This document shows positions 17,550 to 25,924 of a DNA stretch of 28,695 bases, in pieces; position 1 is the stretch's first letter; the number at the start of each line of letters is the position of its first letter. The stretch lies in contig JBGPGO010000029.1 in NCBI GenBank assembly GCA_041483895.1, positions 1-28,695 on the forward strand. Direction: 5' to 3'. A model generated the notes under the pieces. That model made no database searches. It was not told where the DNA came from and saw only the letters and a list, made by a program, of their open reading frames with translations. A program made the translations under genes and the position numbers. The DNA comes from Fimbriimonadia bacterium. GTDB taxonomy: Bacteria; Armatimonadota; Fimbriimonadia; Fimbriimonadales; JABRVX01.

Positions 17550-19186
17550 TAGCGCCGTGCCCCCTCGCGGATGGCAATCAGCTCTTTCATCACATGCCCC
17601 AGGTTCCCGTGCCACTGCTGCGTCCCAAAGGCATCGTGCAGGTCCTTATATAAGGAGAAGATACGGCGATAGATACGATGCGCATCCGGGTTTGGGCGAT
17701 AGCTCTTTTCCTTGAGACCGGTCACCCGATCTTGCGCGGCCTCAAACGTCGGATATTCGCCCGCCACGACAGCAGCCGCGATCGCCGACCCCAGCGCGCA
17801 GGTCTGGGAGGAGCGAGAGACAAACATTTCGCGCCCCGTCACATCCGCATAGATCTGCATCACCATCGGATTCTTCTCGGCGATGCCCCCGCAGTTGACA
17901 ACGCGCTCGACCTTCACGCCATATTCTTCAAACCGCTCCATGATCACGAGCGCGCCAAAAGCGGTGGCCTCGATCAGCGCGCGGTAGATCTCGTGCGGCT
18001 TTGTGTGCAGCGTCTGGCCGACCAGTAGGCCGGTCAGCAGCGGGTCGGTGAGGATGGTTCGATTTCCGTTGTTCCAATCGAGGGCGAGGAGGCCGGACTG
18101 GCCGGGCCGGAGCGCTTCCGCCTGCCGAGTCATCGCCTCATGCGTCAGTCCGAACTCATCGACGAACCAGTTGAAGATGTCGCCGACAGCCGATTGCCCC
18201 GCTTCCATGCCGTAGTGATCCGGCAGAACCGAGCCGTTGACGATGCCGCACAGACCGGGAATATCGGCCAGGTCGGTCGTCGTCGGCTCCACCATCATGT
18301 CGCAGGTGGAAGTGCCGATGATTTTGACCAGCGTCCCAGGGCGGATGCCCGATCCGACCGCGCCCAGATGCGCGTCGAAGGCGCCGACCGCGACCGGAAT
18401 CCCCGCCGGCACGCCAAAATCGGAGGCCCACTCTTCCGTCAAACTCCCCGCCGAAACATTGGCGGGATAGGCCTTGTCGAACAGGCGTTGGCGCAATTCC
18501 CCCATCTTCGGGTGCAGCGCGCCAAGAAACTGCGCATCCGGAAGTCCGCCCCAGCCATCGTTGTACATAGCCTTGTGTCCGGCGGCGCAGACCCCCGCCT
18601 TGTATCGCCCTGGCGCTTGATTGCCGGTGAGAATCGCCGGGATCCAGTCCGCGCATTCGATCCAGTGATGCGCGGCGTCGAACACTTCCGGATCGGTTCG
18701 CAGGCAGTGAAGGATTTTGGAAAAGAACCACTCCGATGAATACTTCCCGCCGCATTTCTTGAGGTAGTTGGGCCGCATCTTCGCCGCCATGTCCGTGATC
18801 TGGGCGGCTTCCGCGTGCGATGTATGGTCTTTCCACAGCCATGCCATTGCGTTGGGATTCGCGGCAAATCGGGGATCCAGCGCCAGCGGCATCCCCGACG
18901 CGTCGCACGGGATGGGCGTGCTACCCGTGGTATCCACTCCAATCCCGACGATCTGTGAAGGATCGACGGCCCCCTCCGCCATCGCGCCTTGGACCGCCGC
19001 CTCCATCGCCGTCAGATAGTCGCCGGGATGCTGCCGGGCCAGGTTTGGATCGTTGTCGTCGTAGAGGACGCCCTCATCGCCATGCTCGTAGGGCGCAACG
19101 GATGCGGCAATTTCCGCGCCGTCATCCGTCCGGACCAGCAGCGCCCGGACCGTATTCGTTCCAAAGTCAAGACCTAGCGTAACCAT
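17549..19186 (-). CDS. araB: Ribulokinase
   Basis: GLDFGTNTVRA, RQHPGDY, DTTGSTP, WKDHT, YSSEWF, CAAGHKA, GAFDAH, GTSTC, GQSAVGD, LDWNNGNRT, EATAFG. Confidence 0.93.
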   Translation of the reverse strand: MVTLGLDFGTNTVRALLVRTDDGAEIAASVAPYEHGDEGVLYDDNDPNLARQHPGDYLTAMEAAVQGAMAEGAVDPSQIVGIGVDTTGSTPIPCDASGMPLALDPRFAANPNAMAWLWKDHTSHAEAAQITDMAAKMRPNYLKKCGGKYSSEWFFSKILHCLRTDPEVFDAAHHWIECADWIPAILTGNQAPGRYKAGVCAAGHKAMYNDGWGGLPDAQFLGALHPKMGELRQRLFDKAYPANVSAGSLTEEWASDFGVPAGIPVAVGAFDAHLGAVGSGIRPGTLVKIIGTSTCDMMVEPTTTDLADIPGLCGIVNGSVLPDHYGMEAGQSAVGDIFNWFVDEFGLTHEAMTRQAEALRPGQSGLLALDWNNGNRTILTDPLLTGLLVGQTLHTKPHEIYRALIEATAFGALVIMERFEEYGVKVERVVNCGGIAEKNPMVMQIYADVTGREMFVSRSSQTCALGSAIAAAVVAGEYPTFEAAQDRVTGLKEKSYRPNPDAHRIYRRIFSLYKDLHDAFGTQQWHGNLGHVMKELIAIREGARR

Positions 19187-19834
19187 CTAACCCTGGAGTC
19201 TACTCGCAAGCCACGCGCGAACGTCTGCCCATTCCTCTTCCGATAACGTGTGCTCGACGGGATATTCCCGATAGGTCAGGTCCACTCCGTACTCCAAGAG
19301 CCGTTCCCTTGCCGCTCGGCCCATGGCGATGGGAACGACCGGATCTTGAATACCGTGCCCAACAAAAATCGGCTTCCCCCGCGCTTCCGACACTTGATAA
19401 TGGTTTCCATTATCTTCCGGCAGAAAGCCGCTCAACGCAATTGCACCCGCCACACGATCCGGAACAGCCAACATCGTCGTCATGGCGACCACGGATCCCA
19501 TGCTGAATCCGAACAGATAGAGCCGCTCCGCATCGATCGGATACTCCTCGACGGCCCCGGCAAGAAATTCTCCCATCCGGCCGGATATTTCCGCGACCGC
19601 CGTCGGGTTCAGGTTGAAGGTGGGGTCGCGGTCGTACCACTTGTAGCCCCCGATTTCGTAGGGGAAAGGGGCCCGGACGGAGATGACAGCCAGTTCGTCG
19701 GGCAAATCACTTGCTAACGCAAGCAGCTCGTATTCGTCCGAGCCAAGACCGTGAAACAGAAATATGGCGGGGGAACTATCCTGCGCCAACAGGCGCGGCG
19801 GAATGTAGATGTGGTGGAGGCTGAGATCGGGCAT
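19187..19834 (-). CDS. Phospholipase/carboxylesterase family alpha/beta hydrolase
   Basis: HGLGS, GFSMG nucleophile motif, HGIQDPVVP, VEH catalytic His. Confidence 0.9.
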   Translation of the reverse strand: MPDLSLHHIYIPPRLLAQDSSPAIFLFHGLGSDEYELLALASDLPDELAVISVRAPFPYEIGGYKWYDRDPTFNLNPTAVAEISGRMGEFLAGAVEEYPIDAERLYLFGFSMGSVVAMTTMLAVPDRVAGAIALSGFLPEDNGNHYQVSEARGKPIFVGHGIQDPVVPIAMGRAARERLLEYGVDLTYREYPVEHTLSEEEWADVRAWLASRLQG

Positions 19835-19896
19835 TCGGCGGAACTGTACCCGTATTGCGGTAGAGTCGGGCCGCGCTCAGGGAGGAGCCAAATCGT

Positions 19897-20508
19897 TTGA
19901 AGAGCACTTTCATATTTTTCGCCGTCTGCGTGGCGGCCGCCTCATGGGGTGAGCGGCTGTTTCGCATCCCAACCGGCTTCATATTGAGCAAAGGGGAATT
20001 CCGATTGGAGTTCGATTCCCCGTTCCATTCCTCCCAAATCCATCATGAGTGGCTGCAATACGGCATCACCGATCACTTTGAGCTGCAGATGTCGAGCGAC
20101 TCCGGCCCTGGCATCGATTCCCGCCAAGGCTTGGATATCGCCTACAACATCCTCCCTCCGATATTAGAAGAGCTTCCCGGCATCAGCCTCGGGGTGCGCG
20201 ATCTGTTCGATCGAACCGACCAAGGACGTTCGTACTATCTGGTTACTACCTTTCGTACTGCTTTAGAGAACAGCCCGGCGGGAGAAAAGCAGCTTTTCCT
20301 CCATTTCGGCTATGGTGTCGGCGGAATCAAAGGTGTTTTTGTCGGGTTGGACCTTCCTCTTGCCAACAATCTTAGTGTCCAGGCCGAGCACGATTCGCGG
20401 CAGATCAGCGCCGGACTCCTATGGAATCCTGCCAAAGCGTTGGGAATACGGCTGTTTATGCAGGACCAGCGGGCCGCGTGGGGCGTGACGTTCAGCCGCC
20501 GCCTATAG
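19897..20508 (+). CDS. Secreted or outer-membrane beta-strand protein (YjbH-like)
   Basis: GGAGGAG RBS, signal peptide, RIPTG start and alternating beta-strand pattern. The family call is by resemblance only. Confidence 0.6.
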   Translation: MKSTFIFFAVCVAAASWGERLFRIPTGFILSKGEFRLEFDSPFHSSQIHHEWLQYGITDHFELQMSSDSGPGIDSRQGLDIAYNILPPILEELPGISLGVRDLFDRTDQGRSYYLVTTFRTALENSPAGEKQLFLHFGYGVGGIKGVFVGLDLPLANNLSVQAEHDSRQISAGLLWNPAKALGIRLFMQDQRAAWGVTFSRRL

Positions 20509-20543
20509 CAGTGCTCGGTAGATTTCGGACAGGAGTACTCTCC

Positions 20544-20780
20544 GTGCCTTGGAGACGACGAATTGCCTTTGACGCCGAAGTGATGGCCGGCGCGCCGCAC
20601 CTGATTGGGGCCGGGATGGGCGTGGATGCTGTTTTGGACCTACTCGCGCAGGGCTGGGATAAGGCCGACATCCTGCACAGCTATCCCACTTTGCAGCCGG
20701 AGGACATTCGGGCCTGTCTGATGTTCGCGAGCGCGCTCGTCCGCGGCGAAGTGGACTCGGACCTGCTCCTCGCCGCGTAA
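20544..20780 (+). CDS. DUF433 family protein
   Basis: RIAFDAEVMAGAPHLIG...VDAVLDLLAQG...ILHSYPTLQPEDIRACL; AGGAG 8 nt before GTG 20544. Confidence 0.85.
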   Translation: MPWRRRIAFDAEVMAGAPHLIGAGMGVDAVLDLLAQGWDKADILHSYPTLQPEDIRACLMFASALVRGEVDSDLLLAA

Positions 20781-20846
20781 CGCTGGCATCTTGGCGGCAT
20801 CGGACTGATCGGACGTATAAGACTTATAGGACCTATGTGTCCTATG
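20777..20846. repeat. Degenerate REP-like palindrome followed by a degenerate 9-bp tandem repeat
   Basis: GTAAC-GCTGGCA-TCT-TGGCGGC, then GGACTGATC GGACGTATA AGACTTATA GGACCTATG TGTCCTATG. Confidence 0.55.
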
Positions 20847-20930
20847 TAGCACGCCTTCTCTGCTTCCTTGCTGCCGCCGCCAGTTGGTGTTACGGTACCA
20901 TCTGCCCATGACCGATATCGTGATCCTGCG

Positions 20931-21947
20931 ATGAGCGAGCTGCGCTGGCATCCGTTCCGAAAAGAGTGGGTCATCGTCGCCACCCACCGGCAGGACCGCA
21001 CCTTCTTCCCGCCCGACGACTACTGCCCGCTCTGCCCAACCAAACCCGGCGGCTTCCCGACCGAAATCGAGCGTGATGACTACGACATCGCCGTGTTCGA
21101 GAACAAGTTCCCATCGCTGCAACGGGATGCCCCTGCGCCGTCGGTGGCCGGGACAGACGTCTCGCCGGTGATGACTGCGGGCGGCGTGTGCGAGGTGGTC
21201 TGCTATACCTCCGACCACAACGCAACCTTCGCCGATCTCTCGCTTCAGCGCGTCCGGCACTTGGTAGACGTGTGGGCGGATCGCACCGCGGAACTCGGCG
21301 CGCGGGAAGATGTGAAGTACGTCTTCATCTTCGAGAACAAGGGCAAGGAGATCGGCGTCACGCTCAGCCATCCGCACGGGCAGATCTACGCCTATCCGTT
21401 CATCCCGCCGGTGATCGCGACGGAGTTATCGGCCTCCGAAGAACACTTTGTACAGACGGGCCGGCGGCTGATGGCGGATGTGTTGGACGCGGAGCTGAAC
21501 GACGAGCGGCGGCTGGTGTCCGCGCACGGGATTTGGCGCTCGTTCATCCCCTTCTTCGCGCGCTATCCGTACGAGGTGTACATCGCGCCGCTGGAGCATC
21601 GGGGTTCGCTGCCCGATCTGTCGTCGGAGGAGCGGTTGGACTTCGCCCGGATGCTGCTGGATGTCACTCAGCGCTACGACAAATTGTGGGGCTTCTCGCT
21701 GCCCTATATGATGGTGTTCCACCAGCAACCGCCTCGGAAGAACCCCCCCACCCCAGCCCTCCCCCCCGGAGGAGGGGAGGGGAAGTATGACCACTACACC
21801 TTCCACGTCGAGTTCTATCCGCCGTTCCGCACGCCGGAAAAGCTGAAATACCTCGCGGGTTCCGAGGCTGGTGCGGGAGCCTTCATCAACGATACGTTGG
21901 CGGAAGAGAAGGCTGCGGAGTTGCGAGCGATCCAGATCGACCTGTAG
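20931..21947 (+). CDS. galT: Galactose-1-phosphate uridylyltransferase
   Basis: MSELRWHP...RQDRT, CPLCP, FENKFP, FENKG..IG.TLSHPHGQ (HPH catalytic motif), KYLAGSE. Confidence 0.95.
   Translation: MSELRWHPFRKEWVIVATHRQDRTFFPPDDYCPLCPTKPGGFPTEIERDDYDIAVFENKFPSLQRDAPAPSVAGTDVSPVMTAGGVCEVVCYTSDHNATFADLSLQRVRHLVDVWADRTAELGAREDVKYVFIFENKGKEIGVTLSHPHGQIYAYPFIPPVIATELSASEEHFVQTGRRLMADVLDAELNDERRLVSAHGIWRSFIPFFARYPYEVYIAPLEHRGSLPDLSSEERLDFARMLLDVTQRYDKLWGFSLPYMMVFHQQPPRKNPPTPALPPGGGEGKYDHYTFHVEFYPPFRTPEKLKYLAGSEAGAGAFINDTLAEEKAAELRAIQIDL
21743..21782 (+). repeat. C-rich/G-rich palindromic element inserted in frame in galT
   Basis: CCCCCCCACCCCAGCCCTCCCCCCCGGAGGAGGGGAGGGG, encoding PPTPALPPGGGEG between HQQP and YTFHVEF. 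Confidence 0.7.
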
Positions 21948-22014
21948 CCGCTACGCCGATGTCCCAATGTCGTCAACTCTGCCGGCATCCTAGGCTACAA
22001 TGACAGATACGTAG

Positions 22015-24258
22015 ATGCCCAAACAAGAAATCGATCAGTCAGGCCAGGGTAACGTTGCCACTGTCGTCCGCGGCGACGGCAATTCTGTCACTGTCTCCTA
22101 TGGCAACGCCAAGCTATCGCTCGTTGAAAGGCACAAGAGGAAGGGCGAGATCGAGAAGGAACTCGATATCCTCGATCCCAATCTGCGAAAGATTCCGTTT
22201 GTCGGTTTGGCGGACCAGGGGTTGAGGCAATGGCTCGATGGCGACGGCATTAGAATTCGCTGCATGATCGGACGCGGCGGCAGTGGAAAGACTCGCCTTG
22301 CGGTTGAACTCTGCGAGTTCGCGGAAGCTCAGGGTTGGACCTCCGGATTTGTGTCGCGCGACGAGTTGGAGCGTTTCCAGAGAGAAGGACACCTACCCAA
22401 GTGGCGATGGGAGAAAACGCTCATTGTCGTGGATTACGCCGCTGGGTCAGCACGGATCCTTCGCGCTTGGTTCGAGGTCTTGAGCTCGCTGCACGAGCCG
22501 CAACAGCCGCTCCGAATTCTCTTGCTCGAGCGCCATGCAGACCGAGAGGTCGGTTGGTGGGCGGATACGATTCGTCTCACCGGGGCCTCGTACCGAATCG
22601 ACAAACTGATCGATTTGCCTGAGCCAACCGAGATTGCAGGTATCCGCGACGCAGGACAGCGACGCGAACTGCTGGCGCATGTAATGCGGTTGGAGTGCGA
22701 GCGCCTAAAAGTACCCATTTTGCGGCCGCCGTCTCCGGGCTCAGATCCGGCGTTTGATGCGCGGACGGCAGATGACCGGCTGGAGAACGAACCTCTGTAC
22801 CTCGCGATGGCGGGCATTGCCGCCGTTGAAAAGGGCCTCGCGAATGTGCTACCGATGACGCGGACCGATCTCGCAGATTACCTTGCCCAACGAGAGAAGA
22901 GACGCATCGAAGGTGTCGCGCAAGATCGTGGCATAGATCCCGCGTTCCTCACCCACTTAGGAGCTTGCGTGACCCTTGTGGGGGATACGGGTAAGGATGA
23001 ATTGGTCGCGATGGCGCGAGAAGAACGGGAGGGCCTAGATTTCCCGCACACCCAGCATCCGGAAGCTTTGGCCTCAGCTTTAGTCGAGGCATTGAGTAAT
23101 CAGTCTACGAAGAAGGCGCAGGCGATCCGCCCAGACTTAGTCGGCGAGGCGTTCCTCCTGGATAGGATTTCGGCTTGCTCTTCTTCCGCACAGAAGGGGA
23201 TCATTGGCCGGGCAACGGCAAGACCCGGATCGTTGGTTGCCGAGACGATAGTGCGAACAGCCCAGGACTTCGTCGGCGATGAAACCCGGCATCCGATTTT
23301 GGACTGGTTTAGTTGGCTGGTTGGAGATACATCTTGCGTGGACACCCTACTTAATATCATGGACATAATTCCGAAAGACACACTCTGCCTTGCACAACCA
23401 GCAGTAAGTTTATTGAATAGGCTATGCGAAAGAATATTCGCGGAGGGCGGTCCTCGTCTTGGATTTCTTCCGGGGCTCTACGTGAACCTCGCTTCACGAT
23501 TGTCCGCGACGGGCCGTTTCCAGCAAGCTGCTTTGGCCTGCGAACTCGCTGTAGAGTTGTGCCGCAGTGTGAGCGGCGAGGATGCAAAGATGCTTCGCCC
23601 GGTGCTTGCCATGGCACTTAGCAATTTGTCAATGTGCCGAAGCAACACGGGTCAACTAGAAGCAGCATTAGATGCGGCAAGCGAGTCGACTAAGATTTAT
23701 GGTGAGATGGTCGATATTGGCACCAGATTTGATAGATTTGAGCAGGCCATGGCACTTGTCAATCTGTCAACTCTCTTATTCGAAGGTGATTTTTTCACTG
23801 AGGCTCTTACTGTTATTGAGGAGGCGATTGCAGTTTGTGAAAGCGCTCCACCGAGTTCGCATTATGATTCACACGTAGTACTAGCAAGTTGCCTCATCAA
23901 CAAAGCAACTGTGCTCGTCTGTATGAATAAGAAGCAAGAGGCGGGTGAGGCCTCGTTCCATGCAGTGGCAGAGTTCCGCAAAGCAGCAGCTGTAAAGCCA
24001 GATGCATATCGTCCACAGTTGGCCCACTCTCTCGCCAATACTGCTGTCACGCTCTTATCATTGGGCGATTCTCAGAATGCACTCGCATTCTCTAGTGAGG
24101 CAGAGCAACTGTATCGGATCTTGGCCGACCGATTTTCCGAATTATTCCTCCCACACTTGGCCAGGTCGTTGAGCATACAGTGTCTCATTCTCAAATCTAA
24201 TCGAGACTTTGGTGGTGCTATGCTAAAGGTTATGGAGGCCCTCGGAATATTCCCATGA
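22015..24258 (+). CDS. STAND/NLR-like P-loop NTPase with C-terminal TPR repeats and an N-terminal amyloid-like motif
   Basis: Walker A GRGGSGKT, Walker B LIVVD, sensor-like ILLLER, TPR-like repeats (LAMALSNLS, AMALVNLS, LASCLINKA, LAHSLANTA, LARSLS). The frame stays open 47 codons past the TGA, to TAA 24400-24402. Confidence 0.85.
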   Translation: MPKQEIDQSGQGNVATVVRGDGNSVTVSYGNAKLSLVERHKRKGEIEKELDILDPNLRKIPFVGLADQGLRQWLDGDGIRIRCMIGRGGSGKTRLAVELCEFAEAQGWTSGFVSRDELERFQREGHLPKWRWEKTLIVVDYAAGSARILRAWFEVLSSLHEPQQPLRILLLERHADREVGWWADTIRLTGASYRIDKLIDLPEPTEIAGIRDAGQRRELLAHVMRLECERLKVPILRPPSPGSDPAFDARTADDRLENEPLYLAMAGIAAVEKGLANVLPMTRTDLADYLAQREKRRIEGVAQDRGIDPAFLTHLGACVTLVGDTGKDELVAMAREEREGLDFPHTQHPEALASALVEALSNQSTKKAQAIRPDLVGEAFLLDRISACSSSAQKGIIGRATARPGSLVAETIVRTAQDFVGDETRHPILDWFSWLVGDTSCVDTLLNIMDIIPKDTLCLAQPAVSLLNRLCERIFAEGGPRLGFLPGLYVNLASRLSATGRFQQAALACELAVELCRSVSGEDAKMLRPVLAMALSNLSMCRSNTGQLEAALDAASESTKIYGEMVDIGTRFDRFEQAMALVNLSTLLFEGDFFTEALTVIEEAIAVCESAPPSSHYDSHVVLASCLINKATVLVCMNKKQEAGEASFHAVAEFRKAAAVKPDAYRPQLAHSLANTAVTLLSLGDSQNALAFSSEAEQLYRILADRFSELFLPHLARSLSIQCLILKSNRDFGGAMLKVMEALGIFP

Positions 24259-24401
24259 CTTAGCAGCGCTAGTATCAAGCCACATGGACAACTGGTCGCA
24301 GCTATGATCAGAGACTATTTCGATTTATGCCGACACATGGGGCGGTCGGCCGATCCTCACTTTCTAGCTCCGATAATGCAAAAGCTACAGGAGATTGAAT
24401 A

Positions 24402-24800
24402 ATGTCCATAGATCCCAATGCAGCGATCATAGCCACTCAGGTCGCTAACGCCATCTCTCCGTTTCTACTTGAGGCTACCAAGGGGGCAGCAAGCAAACTG
24501 GGAGAGGAGGCGGCTACCGGCGCGGCAGGGTTATTCCGTTGGCTGAAGGAAAAGCTTGGCAGCCGTGCAAGAATGGCGCTGGAAGAATTTCGGAAGGATC
24601 CAGAAAGCAAGGGCAGTCAGACAGCCTTGAGCGAAGAGTTGGAGAAAGCATTGCGAGAGGATGCGGCTCTGATGGAAGGGCTTCGCAAGCAGTTCGGCCC
24701 TTTGCTCCTGGCAGGAGAAAAGGCTCAGAATATCGTCCAGTCTGGCGATTTCAACAGTGCAGTCAACATTCAGGGTTCAGGCAATACCGTCGACCAATAG
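24402..24800 (+). CDS. Bell-like (HeLo/HeLL-analogous) helical effector with a C-terminal amyloid-like motif
   Basis: Hydrophobic N-terminal helix, then LEEFRKDPES...QTALSEELEKALREDAAL, then G/N/Q tail QNIVQSGDFNSAVNIQGSGNTVDQ. AGGAG RBS and TAATG coupling. Confidence 0.75.
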   Translation: MSIDPNAAIIATQVANAISPFLLEATKGAASKLGEEAATGAAGLFRWLKEKLGSRARMALEEFRKDPESKGSQTALSEELEKALREDAALMEGLRKQFGPLLLAGEKAQNIVQSGDFNSAVNIQGSGNTVDQ

Positions 24801-24834
24801 ACACCCGTCCCCAACCGGGTAAAATGCCGGGCAT

Positions 24835-25296
24835 ATGGACCCTGGGTACTTCGCCATCCTGTTGCTGTTCGCCATCGGGGCTGCGGTCTGCTTCGTCATG
24901 GTGTTCGGCAGCTACCTGCTCGGGCCAAAAAAGAGGACCCCGTACAAAGAATCCCCATTCGAGTGCGGCGTCGAGCCGGTCGGCGACACCCACGAACGTT
25001 TCCCCATCAAGTTCTTCCTCGTCGCCATTCTGTTCATCATCTTTGATATTGAGGGCATCTTCCTCTACCCCTGGTACACGGTTTTCAAGCACGGCACGCC
25101 CGCGTTCCAGCGCTTCACCCTCATCGAGGTCGGCGTGTTCTTCCTCATGCTGGTCGCCGGATATGTGTACGTGATCAAGAAGAACGCCATAGATTTTGAA
25201 GAGCCGATGGCCAAGCCGGAATTGGAGGGCTCCGCTCTGGAGGGCTCCGTTCCATCGGAGCCGAACGACCGAGGGGCAAAGGAAAAGGTGGCGTAA
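24835..25296 (+). CDS. nuoA: NADH-quinone oxidoreductase subunit A
   Basis: KESPFECG, FFLVAILFIIFDIEGIFLYPW; C-terminal extension contains REP-like DNA. Confidence 0.95.
   Translation: MDPGYFAILLLFAIGAAVCFVMVFGSYLLGPKKRTPYKESPFECGVEPVGDTHERFPIKFFLVAILFIIFDIEGIFLYPWYTVFKHGTPAFQRFTLIEVGVFFLMLVAGYVYVIKKNAIDFEEPMAKPELEGSALEGSVPSEPNDRGAKEKVA
25238..25262 (+). repeat. 25-bp REP-like element, copy 1 (in nuoA), with a partial copy at 25223-25234
   Basis: TGGAG-GGCTCCG-TTCCAT-CGGAGCC. Confidence 0.9.
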
Positions 25297-25297
25297 G

Positions 25298-25924
25298 TTG
25301 CCCATTCCCGTCGTGGACAACGTGCGTTTGGACGTCAGAAAGTTGATCGAGAGATTTGGCTCCGATGGAACGGAGCCCTCCAGGGGCGCGATACGCGATA
25401 TTGGTGAGCATCGCGGCGATATCCGCATCACCATCCAAACCGATAAGCTCCCGGAAATCGTCCGGTTCCTCCGCGACGACCCGGAGTTGGAATACAAATT
25501 TTTCAGCGAATGCCTAGGTGTGGACTACTCGACATGGAAGCACCCTCGGACTGTGCCGGAACGGTTTGAGGTGGTCTACAACCTCGTCTCCCTGCGCCAC
25601 TTTTCGCGCATCTTCCTAAAAGTCGCCGTCAACGATGGGCAAGAGGTGCCGTCCCTCACCCCTATCTTCCCCGGCGCAAACTGGCCCGAGAGAGAAGTCT
25701 ACGATATGTACGGCATCCGCTTCGCCGGCCATCCCGAAATGGTCCGCATCCTCACGCCCCCCGGCTGGGTCGGGCATCCGCTGCGAAAAGAGTTCCCGCT
25801 GGGCGGCGAGCGCGTGGACTTCCCCGGCGGAACGCAAGGCCCCGCAGTCGGTGAGGTCCAGATGCCCTACGCGGGCGATTCGTGGGAAGGCAAAACCGGA
25901 AGCGAGGATGTGGGAGGCAGATGA
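25298..25924 (+). CDS. nuoC: NADH-quinone oxidoreductase subunit C
   Basis: GVDY, RFEVVYNLVS, ANWPEREVYDMYGI.F.GHP, GHPLRKEFPL. Start probably TTG 25298, just after the nuoA stop. Confidence 0.93.
   Translation: MPIPVVDNVRLDVRKLIERFGSDGTEPSRGAIRDIGEHRGDIRITIQTDKLPEIVRFLRDDPELEYKFFSECLGVDYSTWKHPRTVPERFEVVYNLVSLRHFSRIFLKVAVNDGQEVPSLTPIFPGANWPEREVYDMYGIRFAGHPEMVRILTPPGWVGHPLRKEFPLGGERVDFPGGTQGPAVGEVQMPYAGDSWEGKTGSEDVGGR
25358..25382 (-). repeat. 25-bp REP-like element, copy 2 (in nuoC, inverted)
   Basis: Exact reverse complement of copy 1. Confidence 0.9.

Noticed and set aside
24256..24258. Selenocysteine recoding of the NLR TGA
   Set aside because: Not a redox or Cys-motif context, and no convincing SECIS-like hairpin directly downstream.
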